IMG/VR virus record: IMGVR_UViG_3300042865_000182
Span: 43,395-107,394 of that record
From: a virus
Strand: one strand, 5' to 3'
DNA length: 64,000 bases
Shown here: piece after piece, positions 46,790 through 55,953 of the stretch
Layout of the letters: every line of letters begins with the position of its first letter
Numbering within the stretch: position 1 is the first letter of the stretch
The notes under the pieces: generated by a model
The model's input: only the letters and a program-made list of their open reading frames with translations
Database searches by the model: none
Told to the model about the DNA's origin: nothing
Made by a program: the position numbers and the translations under genes

Positions 46790-48107
46790 CTTTAGTTTGT
46801 GTTGTTTGATTATTATCTGTCTCTTCTTCAGGTTCCGGGCTTTCCTCTTCTAACTCTATTAACTCTGACTTGAGTTCATTTCTAACAATATTAGTAAATG
46901 CATCTTCTATGTCTTCATCAGTAAGTTCTTCTTCCTGTGCAGCATCATTGCACACATGAGTTGGTCCCACTAAATCATCAAGGTTTCCATGTAGTTCAGG
47001 AAAAGTTTCTAATTCCTCTTCTGGAGTATTAACAACTTCTGGTTGATAATCTTCAAGCACCTTGTAATTATAATTAGTATTTAATAAAGCTAGTGTGTCT
47101 TCATTAACAGTAATTGTTTTTACTCTGAAGTACTGATTATTACCACCTCTTTCTATTTCAGTGTAGTATCTAGACATTAAAATATTAAGCATATCTACAG
47201 TAAGCACACCTTTATTAGTTAAGCTATGCATGATATCATTCATATTAGTGCTCATACTACTTTCTTTGTCAAGATAACTTAGTAAACCCTTGAAATTCAC
47301 ATGTTTTTTTGTAGGAGAATTATACATAGTACTACTAAACTCCTTGAATAATATCTCTAAATACAAGAGACTTTCTTTATAGTTTGAGTTTGCCATAATC
47401 TCCATAGCTAAGATATGATTATCTGAATCTGAACTCTTAAACATATCAGCTATTTGGTCATACATAGCTGCATCAATAGTTACAGCATCTTCACCATTTA
47501 CATGTACTAGTAAAGCATCCTCACTCCATATCTCTTTATCTATCATATTTTTAAAGTCCTCTTCATGGTCTGAATCAACACTATAAACATAAATGTTATC
47601 AGTATCCTCACATAGGCTAGTATCTTTCATTGCCTCATAAAGTGGGTGATCTGAATCACAGTTCCATCTGAGTAAACTAATTAAGTTTTTCTGAAGAATA
47701 ATGTGTTCTAAATCATAAAACTCAAAAGCTTGTTTAACTTTTTCCATGTAATATTCATCTACATGGTCTTTTACAAGCTCCATAAAATCAAGAAAGTCCT
47801 TTGTTTTAGCAATGTATTCATATGACCTGTTTACCATTCTTGGATAGGATGAATTACCACCAAATATATGTGTAGCATCTTCTATATTTCTTACATTTCT
47901 TACACCATGTTTTAAAGCCATGTCTTTCAACTTTATTCTTGGAATGTTAACACCCGGCAAGAAATAAAATTTATCTCCCTTTGTAGGAGTGTAATCTTCA
48001 TTTTTATAATTAAACACAGGCTCTTTTATACTAGCTACTTTTGTATCTATATAAACCATAACATCATTACCTGAAAAGTCAATGTTTACTTTTAAATATA
48101 ATTTCAT
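46767..48107 (-). CDS. Hypothetical protein (possible N-terminal BRCT-like domain; SxDxDN motif; acidic tail)
   Basis: 446 aa. FYFLPG...VRNIEDATHIF resembles BRCT. Contains MFKSSDSDNHILAMEIM. Confidence 0.5.
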   Translation of the reverse strand: MKLYLKVNIDFSGNDVMVYIDTKVASIKEPVFNYKNEDYTPTKGDKFYFLPGVNIPRIKLKDMALKHGVRNVRNIEDATHIFGGNSSYPRMVNRSYEYIAKTKDFLDFMELVKDHVDEYYMEKVKQAFEFYDLEHIILQKNLISLLRWNCDSDHPLYEAMKDTSLCEDTDNIYVYSVDSDHEEDFKNMIDKEIWSEDALLVHVNGEDAVTIDAAMYDQIADMFKSSDSDNHILAMEIMANSNYKESLLYLEILFKEFSSTMYNSPTKKHVNFKGLLSYLDKESSMSTNMNDIMHSLTNKGVLTVDMLNILMSRYYTEIERGGNNQYFRVKTITVNEDTLALLNTNYNYKVLEDYQPEVVNTPEEELETFPELHGNLDDLVGPTHVCNDAAQEEELTDEDIEDAFTNIVRNELKSELIELEEESPEPEEETDNNQTTQTKDDDFEWF

Positions 48108-48118
48108 AATTAAATATT

Positions 48119-48143
48119 AAAAAGGGGAGAATCACCTCCCCTT
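48119..48143 (-). terminator. Intrinsic terminator
   Basis: AAGGGGAG-GTGATT-CTCCCC followed by a T tract, after the AAA+ gene. Confidence 0.7.
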
Positions 48144-48200
48144 ATGTTTGTTTTAATTTATTTTATGCTCCTTTTGGTGGGGAACAGCTTGATGTTTGCT

Positions 48201-49388
48201 TTACTTGACAGCCATCTTCACCACGTCCTGATTCATCATGAGCTGACTGAATCGGACTTTGTTACCATTAACAATCTCTTTGACCATATAATATCTAAGA
48301 TCATCAGTGAATGCTTCACAGTCTGTAGTAAGTTTAGCTATCCTGTCAATAATTGGTTTACTGATTGAACCTTTGTCAGCTAAAGCAAGTGAATAGTTAA
48401 TCACCCTAGTTGCAATAACACTAGAGATATCAGCACGGAACTCATCATCCTTACCAACTGCATTAGTAAGAGAGTTCATAACATACTGCTCATCTTTAGT
48501 CAAGATATCTTCAGGACTGATTATTCTATCTAGTTTGTTATTGATGAACATAGTAAACATAGAACTAAAGTCCACACCAACAGAACCTTCACCAATCATT
48601 TGAATTAAAGGCAAGTTATCCTCAAACTTAGGTATAGAACTGATAGAGTCAAAGAACTTAGTAATAATCCTAGCATTTACATCTTTAGTAACTACTTCTG
48701 GATGCATCAGCATGAAGTTGATTGCACGACCATCTACTCCATCTTTTTCTGCCCATTGAGCCCATACATCAACATCAAATTTAAAATCAACAGAAATATA
48801 TCTAGTCTTTTGAGCTAAATCCTGACTAGTCACCATATACTCACCATCATCTGGATTCTGAGATAATACAATTGTCCAATTCTTAGGTAACTTCCAAGAA
48901 ATATACTCTTGTCTATCTAATAATTCCATACAAGCTTGGGTAAATCTAGTATCTGCCCGGTTAAAATCATCAACTAATAAAATACCACCCTCACCTTTGC
49001 CTTGAATCCATTCAGGAGCAGCATAAGCCATTCTTTTACCAACAATCTTATATCCCTTTTTTATTGCAGAATCAATTTGTTGTTCAACAATCCAAGTAGT
49101 TTTACCTTCTGCATTTGCAATTTGAAATTCTTTCACTGGAAAACCAACAATATCTCCAATTTCTTCAACCTGAGCAAGATTAATTTTAACTAATTGTAAA
49201 CCAAGCTCCTGAGCTAGTTCAATTATACTAGAAGTCTTACCAGTACCAGCTTCACCAGTTACACTAACAGCTACAGGTACTTTACCTTTGCCTTGGATAA
49301 ATTTATTATTTTTAATAATGTGAGTTAAAAACTCTTTCAACTCTCTAGAATTTAGTTGCACATTTGCATTTTGCATTTTCTTTGACAT
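48201..49388 (-). CDS. MoxR-like AAA+ ATPase
   Basis: Walker A GEAGTGKTS, Walker B LLVDDFNRA, LPKNWTIVLSQNP; adjacent to a vWA gene. Confidence 0.85.
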   Translation of the reverse strand: MSKKMQNANVQLNSRELKEFLTHIIKNNKFIQGKGKVPVAVSVTGEAGTGKTSSIIELAQELGLQLVKINLAQVEEIGDIVGFPVKEFQIANAEGKTTWIVEQQIDSAIKKGYKIVGKRMAYAAPEWIQGKGEGGILLVDDFNRADTRFTQACMELLDRQEYISWKLPKNWTIVLSQNPDDGEYMVTSQDLAQKTRYISVDFKFDVDVWAQWAEKDGVDGRAINFMLMHPEVVTKDVNARIITKFFDSISSIPKFEDNLPLIQMIGEGSVGVDFSSMFTMFINNKLDRIISPEDILTKDEQYVMNSLTNAVGKDDEFRADISSVIATRVINYSLALADKGSISKPIIDRIAKLTTDCEAFTDDLRYYMVKEIVNGNKVRFSQLMMNQDVVKMAVK

Positions 49389-49400
49389 AATTTTGTTTTT

Positions 49401-50585
49401 TTAAAGTTCAAGTTTTATCACCTTACCAGGAAGGTTTCTATTCATATATGATCTTTCTGACAAAACCCAAAGAGTATTACCTCTAGGTTTTACATCTACA
49501 GTACATTCACCATCAGTAAAATATACCAAGCTAGTGTACTTTTTCATGTTTGCATTAAAATATTCTATAACAGGGTTAAATTCCGTGCCCCCACGGCCTT
49601 GTACAGTCATCTCAAATTTACCCTTATAAGATTCTATAGATCTTATTACAGTATCACACTGTATAATAGTTATCTCTACACCATTTTTATAAATATGATA
49701 TATCTCATTCATAAATTCTTGTAACTCATCATCACTAACAGATCCAGATGTATCTATAGCAAGTAACATGTGTTGTCTCATCTTTACTTTAAGACCAGGA
49801 CTATCAGGAAACTTTCTGTTTTCTTTTCTCCGGATTTTCTTAGTAAATACCTTAGTACTTACACCAGTAAATCTCCGGATAAACCCTTTCCAGTCAAATT
49901 TAGGAGGTACTATTTCTTCTACAATAATTACCCCCTCAATCTCTCCAGGAACAGTACCTCTTTTCTTTTCAGTTTGTTCCTTAGCATCACCAAGAACCTT
50001 TTGTAATTGTTTATCAATTAACTTCTGTTCTGCCTCAGTCATGTCTTCAAACTCTTCCCAGGTAGCATGTTCATCAAGTTCACCATTTGCCATAGCATCT
50101 AGTAACTCATCCATAGGTTCATTACCACAAGTACCATTCTTTTCTTTCTCATCTTGAAGATCTTTCAGTTTGTCATAATAATATCTACAACCAGCTTTTC
50201 TATCAAGATTAAGATCAGCATAATTATCTATATCAATACCACCTTCAGGTAGCCATTCCTTAGATATATACTGATTGATTTCCATATCCATTGCAACATT
50301 TGCAAGTTTCTTATCACTAAACTTAAAGAAAGTAGTAAGATGTCCAAATGCAATATGTAGCAATTCATGTTTAAGTAAACCAAGTCTGTGGTTATCACTA
50401 AGAGATTCCCAGAACTCAGGATTAACAGTAAGCTGATAATTAATATTATTCTTGCTTACACCTGCAGTTGGAACTCTTCTAGCATCCCAGACTTTGTTTA
50501 GAGCAATAAGAAAGAACCCATAAAAGGGCTCTTTCAGCATTAACTCTTTTGCAATTTTACTAAGACTTTGTTGTCTGTCCATCAT
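49401..50585 (-). CDS. DUF2201-type zincin metallopeptidase + vWA domain protein
   Basis: PTAGV, LKHELLH (HExxH); MIDAS AIDTSGS, GRGGTEF, YFTDG. Confidence 0.85.
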   Translation of the reverse strand: MMDRQQSLSKIAKELMLKEPFYGFFLIALNKVWDARRVPTAGVSKNNINYQLTVNPEFWESLSDNHRLGLLKHELLHIAFGHLTTFFKFSDKKLANVAMDMEINQYISKEWLPEGGIDIDNYADLNLDRKAGCRYYYDKLKDLQDEKEKNGTCGNEPMDELLDAMANGELDEHATWEEFEDMTEAEQKLIDKQLQKVLGDAKEQTEKKRGTVPGEIEGVIIVEEIVPPKFDWKGFIRRFTGVSTKVFTKKIRRKENRKFPDSPGLKVKMRQHMLLAIDTSGSVSDDELQEFMNEIYHIYKNGVEITIIQCDTVIRSIESYKGKFEMTVQGRGGTEFNPVIEYFNANMKKYTSLVYFTDGECTVDVKPRGNTLWVLSERSYMNRNLPGKVIKLEL

Positions 50586-50979
50586 CTCTAAATTTAATAT
50601 CTATTTCAAATTTGTCTGTAGGATAACCAATGGACTCTAACATCCTTGACATATCTCTAATAAAGAATTCCATAAATAGCTCAACCGAAGCTTTAGAACC
50701 TTTGTGTTTTGTAATCAGACTTAAAGTCTTAGGACTACTAAGTGGTACTTCACTTACAAATGTATTTTGGAGTCTCATTGCTATTTTATTACAATTTGCT
50801 AACCAATTATCCATAGCATGTCCACCATACTTATAGAGAACTAATAGTTCTCCTATATACTTCTCAAAATCAACATTCTTTAGAGACTCAAATGCTATAA
50901 GATGGTTATCTGCATCCTCAGATTGCAACATCATAAGCAAGTTTCTTGTCTCTTCTTTACTAAAAATCATCTTTGCCAT
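50560..50979 (-). CDS. Hypothetical protein with SxDxDN motif
   Basis: 139 aa; LLMMLQSEDADNHLIAFE. Confidence 0.65.
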   Translation of the reverse strand: MAKMIFSKEETRNLLMMLQSEDADNHLIAFESLKNVDFEKYIGELLVLYKYGGHAMDNWLANCNKIAMRLQNTFVSEVPLSSPKTLSLITKHKGSKASVELFMEFFIRDMSRMLESIGYPTDKFEIDIKFRDDGQTTKS

Positions 50980-51152
50980 CAGTCTTCTTTTTTATCATTT
51001 GTAATTTCTGCATATTTAACAACAGCTTTTCTTAAAACAGCAATTAATTCCTCTTTATTTGGTCTAGTAACTGATCCAACTACTCCTATTGAATATGCTA
51101 CTTCTATTGCATCTAAATGTTCTTTAAGAGTAAATACTTTTGGCTCTTTCAT
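50979..51152 (-). CDS. Hypothetical 57-aa protein
   Basis: Manually translated MKEPKVFTLKEHLDAIEVAY...NDKKED. TGATG-coupled at both ends. Confidence 0.65.
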   Translation of the reverse strand: MKEPKVFTLKEHLDAIEVAYSIGVVGSVTRPNKEELIAVLRKAVVKYAEITNDKKED

Positions 51153-51499
51153 CAGTCTTCAATTTTTAAAGTTTTTATTGCCCATTTTTCAGGCTTACCA
51201 GACTCAATCATAGTAACCCATTCTTTTGCACTTGGAATATATCCATTGCAGTCTTCTTTTACATGTTGTTCTGCAACATATCTTGTATATACAGTCTTGC
51301 CATCTGAGTTAATAAAACTTTTTCCAAACACTCTTTCACACTCAAATATACCTTCTGAATGATGTCTAAACATTCTGTGCATACTATGACCTACCCAAGC
51401 CTTAGTTTCATCTAGCCACTCATGAATAGCTTGATAATCAGATACTTGACCTTTCCATTTTCTAACAGATGTTTTACAATGTTCTAAAGGATGTGCCAT
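51152..51499 (-). CDS. DUF6915-like His-rich protein
   Basis: HPLEH, IHEWLDETK, HRMFRHHSEGIFECE, AEQHVKEDC, IPSAKEW. Confidence 0.7.
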   Translation of the reverse strand: MAHPLEHCKTSVRKWKGQVSDYQAIHEWLDETKAWVGHSMHRMFRHHSEGIFECERVFGKSFINSDGKTVYTRYVAEQHVKEDCNGYIPSAKEWVTMIESGKPEKWAIKTLKIED

Positions 51500-51684
51500 T
51501 ACTTCTTTTTTAAGTGTTCCATAACTCTTTCCCAGTAAGTTCTGTTTTTCATTAGACCATCTCTAAATGGTGCCAATGCATGGGTTGCTGCTGCAGATTT
51601 TAATGCTTCTTCTTTAGCTTTTTCAACACCATGTAGTTTTACTGCATAATCATATAACTCTTTAGCTTTATCTTTTTCTGTCAT
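51499..51684 (-). CDS. Hypothetical protein
   Basis: 61 aa, translationally coupled; MTEKDKAKEL...YWERV small phage-type protein. Confidence 0.6.
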   Translation of the reverse strand: MTEKDKAKELYDYAVKLHGVEKAKEEALKSAAATHALAPFRDGLMKNRTYWERVMEHLKKK

Positions 51685-52088
51685 TCTTCTTCTGCTTTAT
51701 CTAGAATACTACCATCGTGAAAATAACTCTCATGGTCAGTAATTCTAATATTATTATTAATAATATATTTACCTGAAGGAACACAGATACATAAATCTCC
51801 CCAACCACCTTCATTATTCCACCAATCTTCTATATCATCAAGAAGTTTGTTTTCTGCAAATGTTTCAAGCTCCATAAAAAGATCATGATCAATATTTAAT
51901 AACTTTGAATCATCTTCCCAATCTTCTATATTATCATTTACATCTTCTGGAGTTTCACAAGGTTTTTTTGTATAACCTATCCATTCTATGGCACCGGAGT
52001 CTCCTCCACCATCATATTTTACTTTAACACCTGTAATACCAAAATCAGCCAACCTAAATAGGAGGCTTGTTAATTCTACTTCTGTCAT
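51681..52088 (-). CDS. DUF6878-like acidic protein
   Basis: VKYDGGGDSGAIE and DWWNNEGGWG motifs. Confidence 0.65.
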   Translation of the reverse strand: MTEVELTSLLFRLADFGITGVKVKYDGGGDSGAIEWIGYTKKPCETPEDVNDNIEDWEDDSKLLNIDHDLFMELETFAENKLLDDIEDWWNNEGGWGDLCICVPSGKYIINNNIRITDHESYFHDGSILDKAEEE

Positions 52089-52095
52089 AATTATT

Positions 52096-52521
52096 TTATT
52101 TTATCTTAAAGAAGCGGCCCAGTATATTACCATTCAAATACTCATCTTTTTCAAGAACCTCTCTCAAAAACTGATACTTAGTTTCAAAATATGTGAGTTC
52201 CATCTTGGAAAAACATATCTTGACCATATACCTTTTGATTGGTACACCAGCTTTGTGAGCTTCTTTAAGAACTGTATTACTACTATAGTAATTCTGATAA
52301 CTAGCCTTAGAAACAGTCTCATATTTCTTGTTTCTTTTATCTGTCATCTGAGCAACAGCTCTTTTACCAAACTTCTTTTTTGTAGTAGAATAAAAATTCT
52401 TCTTACCTACATACCTTACAGACTTACCATCAATAATGGCTTCCATCTCATACACAAATCCTACAGCTCCTTCAGGAATCATACTGTTAGTAAAGTCTTT
52501 ACCTTGATATATCCAACTCAT
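52096..52521 (-). CDS. GIY-YIG-like nuclease
   Basis: GFVY...YVGKK, YYSS, E..YQF, YLNGNI. Start placed at the ATGA-coupled ATG at 52521 (MSWIYQG). Confidence 0.7.
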   Translation of the reverse strand: MSWIYQGKDFTNSMIPEGAVGFVYEMEAIIDGKSVRYVGKKNFYSTTKKKFGKRAVAQMTDKRNKKYETVSKASYQNYYSSNTVLKEAHKAGVPIKRYMVKICFSKMELTYFETKYQFLREVLEKDEYLNGNILGRFFKIK

Positions 52522-52673
52522 TTGTGTCTGTATCTTTTCATGTCCCAATCTGCTACAGTGTTTACCATAGTAGCTAATATATTTGTTGCTTCTTGCATAG
52601 ATCTTGCTTCAAAACTTAATCTAGCTTTTGTTATTCTATGTCTAAAAACATAATCATACATTGGATTTTTCAT
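52518..52673 (-). CDS. Hypothetical 51-aa protein
   Basis: Manually translated MKNPMYDYVFRHRITKARLSFEARSMQEA...RYRHK. ATGA overlaps on both sides. Confidence 0.6.
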   Translation of the reverse strand: MKNPMYDYVFRHRITKARLSFEARSMQEATNILATMVNTVADWDMKRYRHK

Positions 52674-53653
52674 AATGCTTGTTTTAATAGTGGAAATAAT
52701 ACTTCTCTTACTTTATCTATACCATGTACCTTAACTGAGTCAGAAAGATCTTTCTCCAAAGGTAACACTATATAGCTAAATCCATACATCTGAGCATATC
52801 TTTGAGCAGCTTTAATACCCGGCCCATCATTGTCAAATAAGACAACAATCTTCTGGTACTTCAGCTTTAGTTCTCCAATAGCTCTTTCTCCAATCATAGT
52901 ATTCTCACTGTCCGGAGCAATAGCCTCAATATTACTAATACCTAGTTTATTGAATGCCATAAGATCCTTTAGTGAAGATGTGATAATAAGATACTTGCAA
53001 TCATACTTCAACTGATCTGTGCCCTGAATATAGTTCTCCACTTTGATAAACTTCTTCTGTGTACTCTTGGGCATGTAGATTTTATACAAGCTACCATCAT
53101 TTCTAAAATAACCATAGGTATGGGACTTTCTAAATGTATGTGAAGTTATATTACCATCCTGTTCAGTTTTGCTCATAGTAAAGAAAGCTAGAGGAACTAC
53201 ATTATATCTATCAAGCATTCCAGACCCAATCTTAAAACCTATCCAATAAGTCTGATCAAAATTATTCCAGTGTCTCATTTCATAATCTACTACCTTATAC
53301 TTATCATGAAACATAACAGCTTCTGGTGTATATTCAGTATTATTTTCAAGATACTTTTGATAGTCAAGAAGTATTTTGTTTGTAGCTTGTCCTCTTGTGG
53401 ACATGTTAAATAAATACTTTACCAACTCAATACTATCTCCCTGATAACCAGATGAAAAGTCCTTGAATTTATAGAATCCAGAGACCACATCAAAATAAAC
53501 AAACATGGATGGAACTTTATCCTTGGCATTAAATGCAGATAGCATTTTTACATCTTGACCTGTTAGCTTTTCCTTCAGGTTAAGATAATATTCAAAGACC
53601 CATTCCCTGGGGACTTGTTGTAAATCAGTAATTAAATTCTTTGTTGAAATCAT
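52670..53653 (-). CDS. dnaG: DnaG-like TOPRIM primase
   Basis: LIITSSLKD, APDSE, LFDNDGPG, KDLSD; N-terminal FKDFSSG..GD block. Confidence 0.8.
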   Translation of the reverse strand: MISTKNLITDLQQVPREWVFEYYLNLKEKLTGQDVKMLSAFNAKDKVPSMFVYFDVVSGFYKFKDFSSGYQGDSIELVKYLFNMSTRGQATNKILLDYQKYLENNTEYTPEAVMFHDKYKVVDYEMRHWNNFDQTYWIGFKIGSGMLDRYNVVPLAFFTMSKTEQDGNITSHTFRKSHTYGYFRNDGSLYKIYMPKSTQKKFIKVENYIQGTDQLKYDCKYLIITSSLKDLMAFNKLGISNIEAIAPDSENTMIGERAIGELKLKYQKIVVLFDNDGPGIKAAQRYAQMYGFSYIVLPLEKDLSDSVKVHGIDKVREVLFPLLKQAL

Positions 53654-53665
53654 ACTACCTAGTTT

Positions 53666-53700
53666 AAAAATTAAGGGGGAAGCTATTTCTAACTCCCCCT
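53666..53700 (-). terminator. Intrinsic terminator/hairpin
   Basis: AGGGGGAGTTA-GAAA-TAGCTTCCCCCT followed by TAATTTTT. Confidence 0.65.
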
Positions 53701-53708
53701 ATAACTTA

Positions 53709-54392
53709 TTAGTCTAGGCTGAAGTCAGAAGATGTTTTAGTAGGAGTTGTGAAATCATCATCATCTCCAAAGCTTTTTACTTCTTTTGTCTCTAATTTTT
53801 TCAAATGTTTGGATTCATCAAAAGTAATAACTTTTCCTTCCTCTACTCCACCATAAGCATACTTTTTATTTTCTCCTTTTGGCAACCACATATCATAGTT
53901 TGTATAACCTGTCTTACCTTCATATTCTCTACCAGCAATACAGAACTCAAGAAACTTATCTTTGATAGGTGCAGTAGCATTAAATGCCTCTACAAAATCT
54001 TCAATAGTATCATGCTTACCATCTTGTTCAGTAAACCACTCATTGATTCCTGCAGTTTTACATAAACCTTGTAGAAAAATCAAGATAGATCTATCTCTCT
54101 GAATCTTAATACCTGTTTTAGTTTCACCATCTGCATATGCATACTGGCTAGCTTTAACTTTACCAATTTGACCAGCATATCTACCTTTGCTTTCATCATC
54201 TTTATCAAGCATAAAGCCCTCAAAACCATCAATAGGTTGTGTTTCCACATGCAAAAGCAAGTGTTTTGCACCATCAATGAATTTAAAATCCTCCAGCTCC
54301 ACATAATTAATCTTTAACACATGATTTCCCGGAGAAATTGTTTTAGGTAGTCCATTACCACCAGTTCCTAAGTCAGTTGTACTTAATCCCAT
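53709..54392 (-). CDS. Putative single-stranded DNA-binding protein
   Basis: 227 aa, between Sak4-like ATPase and primase. Acidic/aromatic C-tail (DDDDF...DFSLD). Confidence 0.5.
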   Translation of the reverse strand: MGLSTTDLGTGGNGLPKTISPGNHVLKINYVELEDFKFIDGAKHLLLHVETQPIDGFEGFMLDKDDESKGRYAGQIGKVKASQYAYADGETKTGIKIQRDRSILIFLQGLCKTAGINEWFTEQDGKHDTIEDFVEAFNATAPIKDKFLEFCIAGREYEGKTGYTNYDMWLPKGENKKYAYGGVEEGKVITFDESKHLKKLETKEVKSFGDDDDFTTPTKTSSDFSLD

Positions 54393-54414
54393 TGTTTTTT
54401 ATTTTTATTTGTTA

Positions 54415-54576
54415 TTATACATAAATTTTATCCCAGTGAAACTCTAATTCACCCTTTTCATTCATCTCAGTTACTACTATCTCTTCATTACGGAGATGTT
54501 CTGGTCTTGCACCACAAGTAACTTCTTCATTAGTCTTAAAGCTCAGAATAGTTTTGTTACCCTTACGGTACATGTA
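54415..54576 (-). CDS. Sak4/AAA_24-like ATPase, exon 2
   Basis: Splicing joins ...ANADAIG to YMYRKGNK..., giving a 240-aa protein in frame. Confidence 0.85.
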   Translation of the reverse strand, partial: YMYRKGNKTILSFKTNEEVTCGARPEHLRNEEIVVTEMNEKGELEFHWDKIYV

Positions 54577-55392
54577 CATTATCTTCAAATTAATTTGCAA
54601 AATTAACCCCGTTTATTAAACTGCTTAACATTTCTGCTAAGATGAGACTATATCTTCTTCCTTGTTAGGAAGGCTTCCTTTTCCACTACCATTAGCTTGC
54701 AGTGTACTCCCCTTTGGGATAGTCGTTGAACCTTTTATAAATAAGTTTTCATATACTTGCTTTATCCAAAGGACCCATTCATCATATGAATAGTTCTTTT
54801 TAGCAAAATTACATTTTTGACAGCAAGGAACACAATTATTTAGCATATAACCAATATTATTGTCCTTTCTATCTATACCATTATATACAAACTCAGATGT
54901 ATCTTTAAATTTTCTTTTATGTCCTTTAAATGTATTTGCTGGAACAGCATTACAATAATGACAGTTTTGAACTACAAGTTCTTTAAATTCATCTAAATTA
55001 ATATCAAAAGTATAATTTCTAAGTAAAGCTTGCTTTTGGTAATTCATGTAAACTTGATAAAACATTGCTGTAAAAAGAGGTTTAGAACTTCTTTCAACTA
55101 TTTGTTCAATATTATAACAACCACAAGATTTACTTGCCCCAGATTTAACTGAATAACCAGTAACTTTTTTAATATTTCCACAATCACATTGGCAAATATA
55201 TCTTTTTGTAGATTTTTCCCAATGAAGCACTGTCCATCTATTAATTTTTGTTCCTGGTTCTAAACTTAATTTACTCATATTTACTTATTTATAACTTGGC
55301 TGCTGATTGTCTTCACCTTTCAGTGGTCAGAGTTCCCAGCAATTAAAAAGCTTTTTCAATCTATATTACTATAGAAAGTGGCTACTAATTTA
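54577..55392 (-). mobile_element. Group I self-splicing intron (IA2-like) carrying an HNH homing endonuclease
   Basis: 5' exon ends in U, intron ends in G. P AATTGCTGGGAA (55344-55333), Q AATCAGCAGC (55308-55299), R GTTCAACGACTA (54731-54720), S AAGATATAGTCT (54656-54645). P1 UGGU/UA pairs with UAGCCA. Confidence 0.92.
54637..55278 (-). CDS. Intron-encoded HNH homing endonuclease
   Basis: CQCDCG...SKSCGC N-domain; CHYC...GIDRKDN...NCVPCCQKCN. The C-terminus reads through the R and S elements. Confidence 0.85.
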   Translation of the reverse strand: MSKLSLEPGTKINRWTVLHWEKSTKRYICQCDCGNIKKVTGYSVKSGASKSCGCYNIEQIVERSSKPLFTAMFYQVYMNYQKQALLRNYTFDINLDEFKELVVQNCHYCNAVPANTFKGHKRKFKDTSEFVYNGIDRKDNNIGYMLNNCVPCCQKCNFAKKNYSYDEWVLWIKQVYENLFIKGSTTIPKGSTLQANGSGKGSLPNKEEDIVSS

Positions 55393-55953
55393 ACCAATAG
55401 CATCAGCATTAGCACAAATCAAAGACTTTATTTTACCAGTTAAGTCTATGTTAGCAGACATAACCATCTCACCCTTATCATCAACTACCTTGTCTTTAAT
55501 ATGACCAGATAAAATAATGTGGGGAGCTAAGGTATCAATAAAATCTAAAACTTGGAAGAATGCTTGACGGATATATAAATAACCAGCACCATTTGGTAGT
55601 GTAGTTACATTGTCTCCATCATAGTTCTTTCCCATCGGTGTCTGACGGTAAAGTTTTATTGCAAGAGGTTGTATCATATCCTCTAATGCAGTTACAGTAT
55701 CTACAGTAACATACTTATAAGGATTATCAGCTGCCTTGATAGCTTTACCAGCATCAAGCAACTCTTGCAAAGTATTAACTTTAATCTTTAGAGCTTCAAC
55801 ATAATCAGAACCACTCTCCAAATCTAGGATTAAATTGTCATCAAGACCAGCATATGCTGTTGTCTTACCAGTCTTAGGCTTGGAATAAATAATCATTCTC
55901 TTTGGATTCTGTCTTTCAGCCTTTACTTTTTTAGTTGGGAGTACTATACTCAT
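55393..55953 (-). CDS. Sak4/AAA_24-like ATPase, exon 1
   Basis: YSKPKTGKTT Walker A, LDLESG, VTVDTVT Walker B, ILSGH. Confidence 0.85.

Noticed and set aside
54415-54600. 61-aa ORF as an independent gene, or the ATPase as a pseudogene
   Set aside because: It is exon 2. Its first eight codons are intron sequence.
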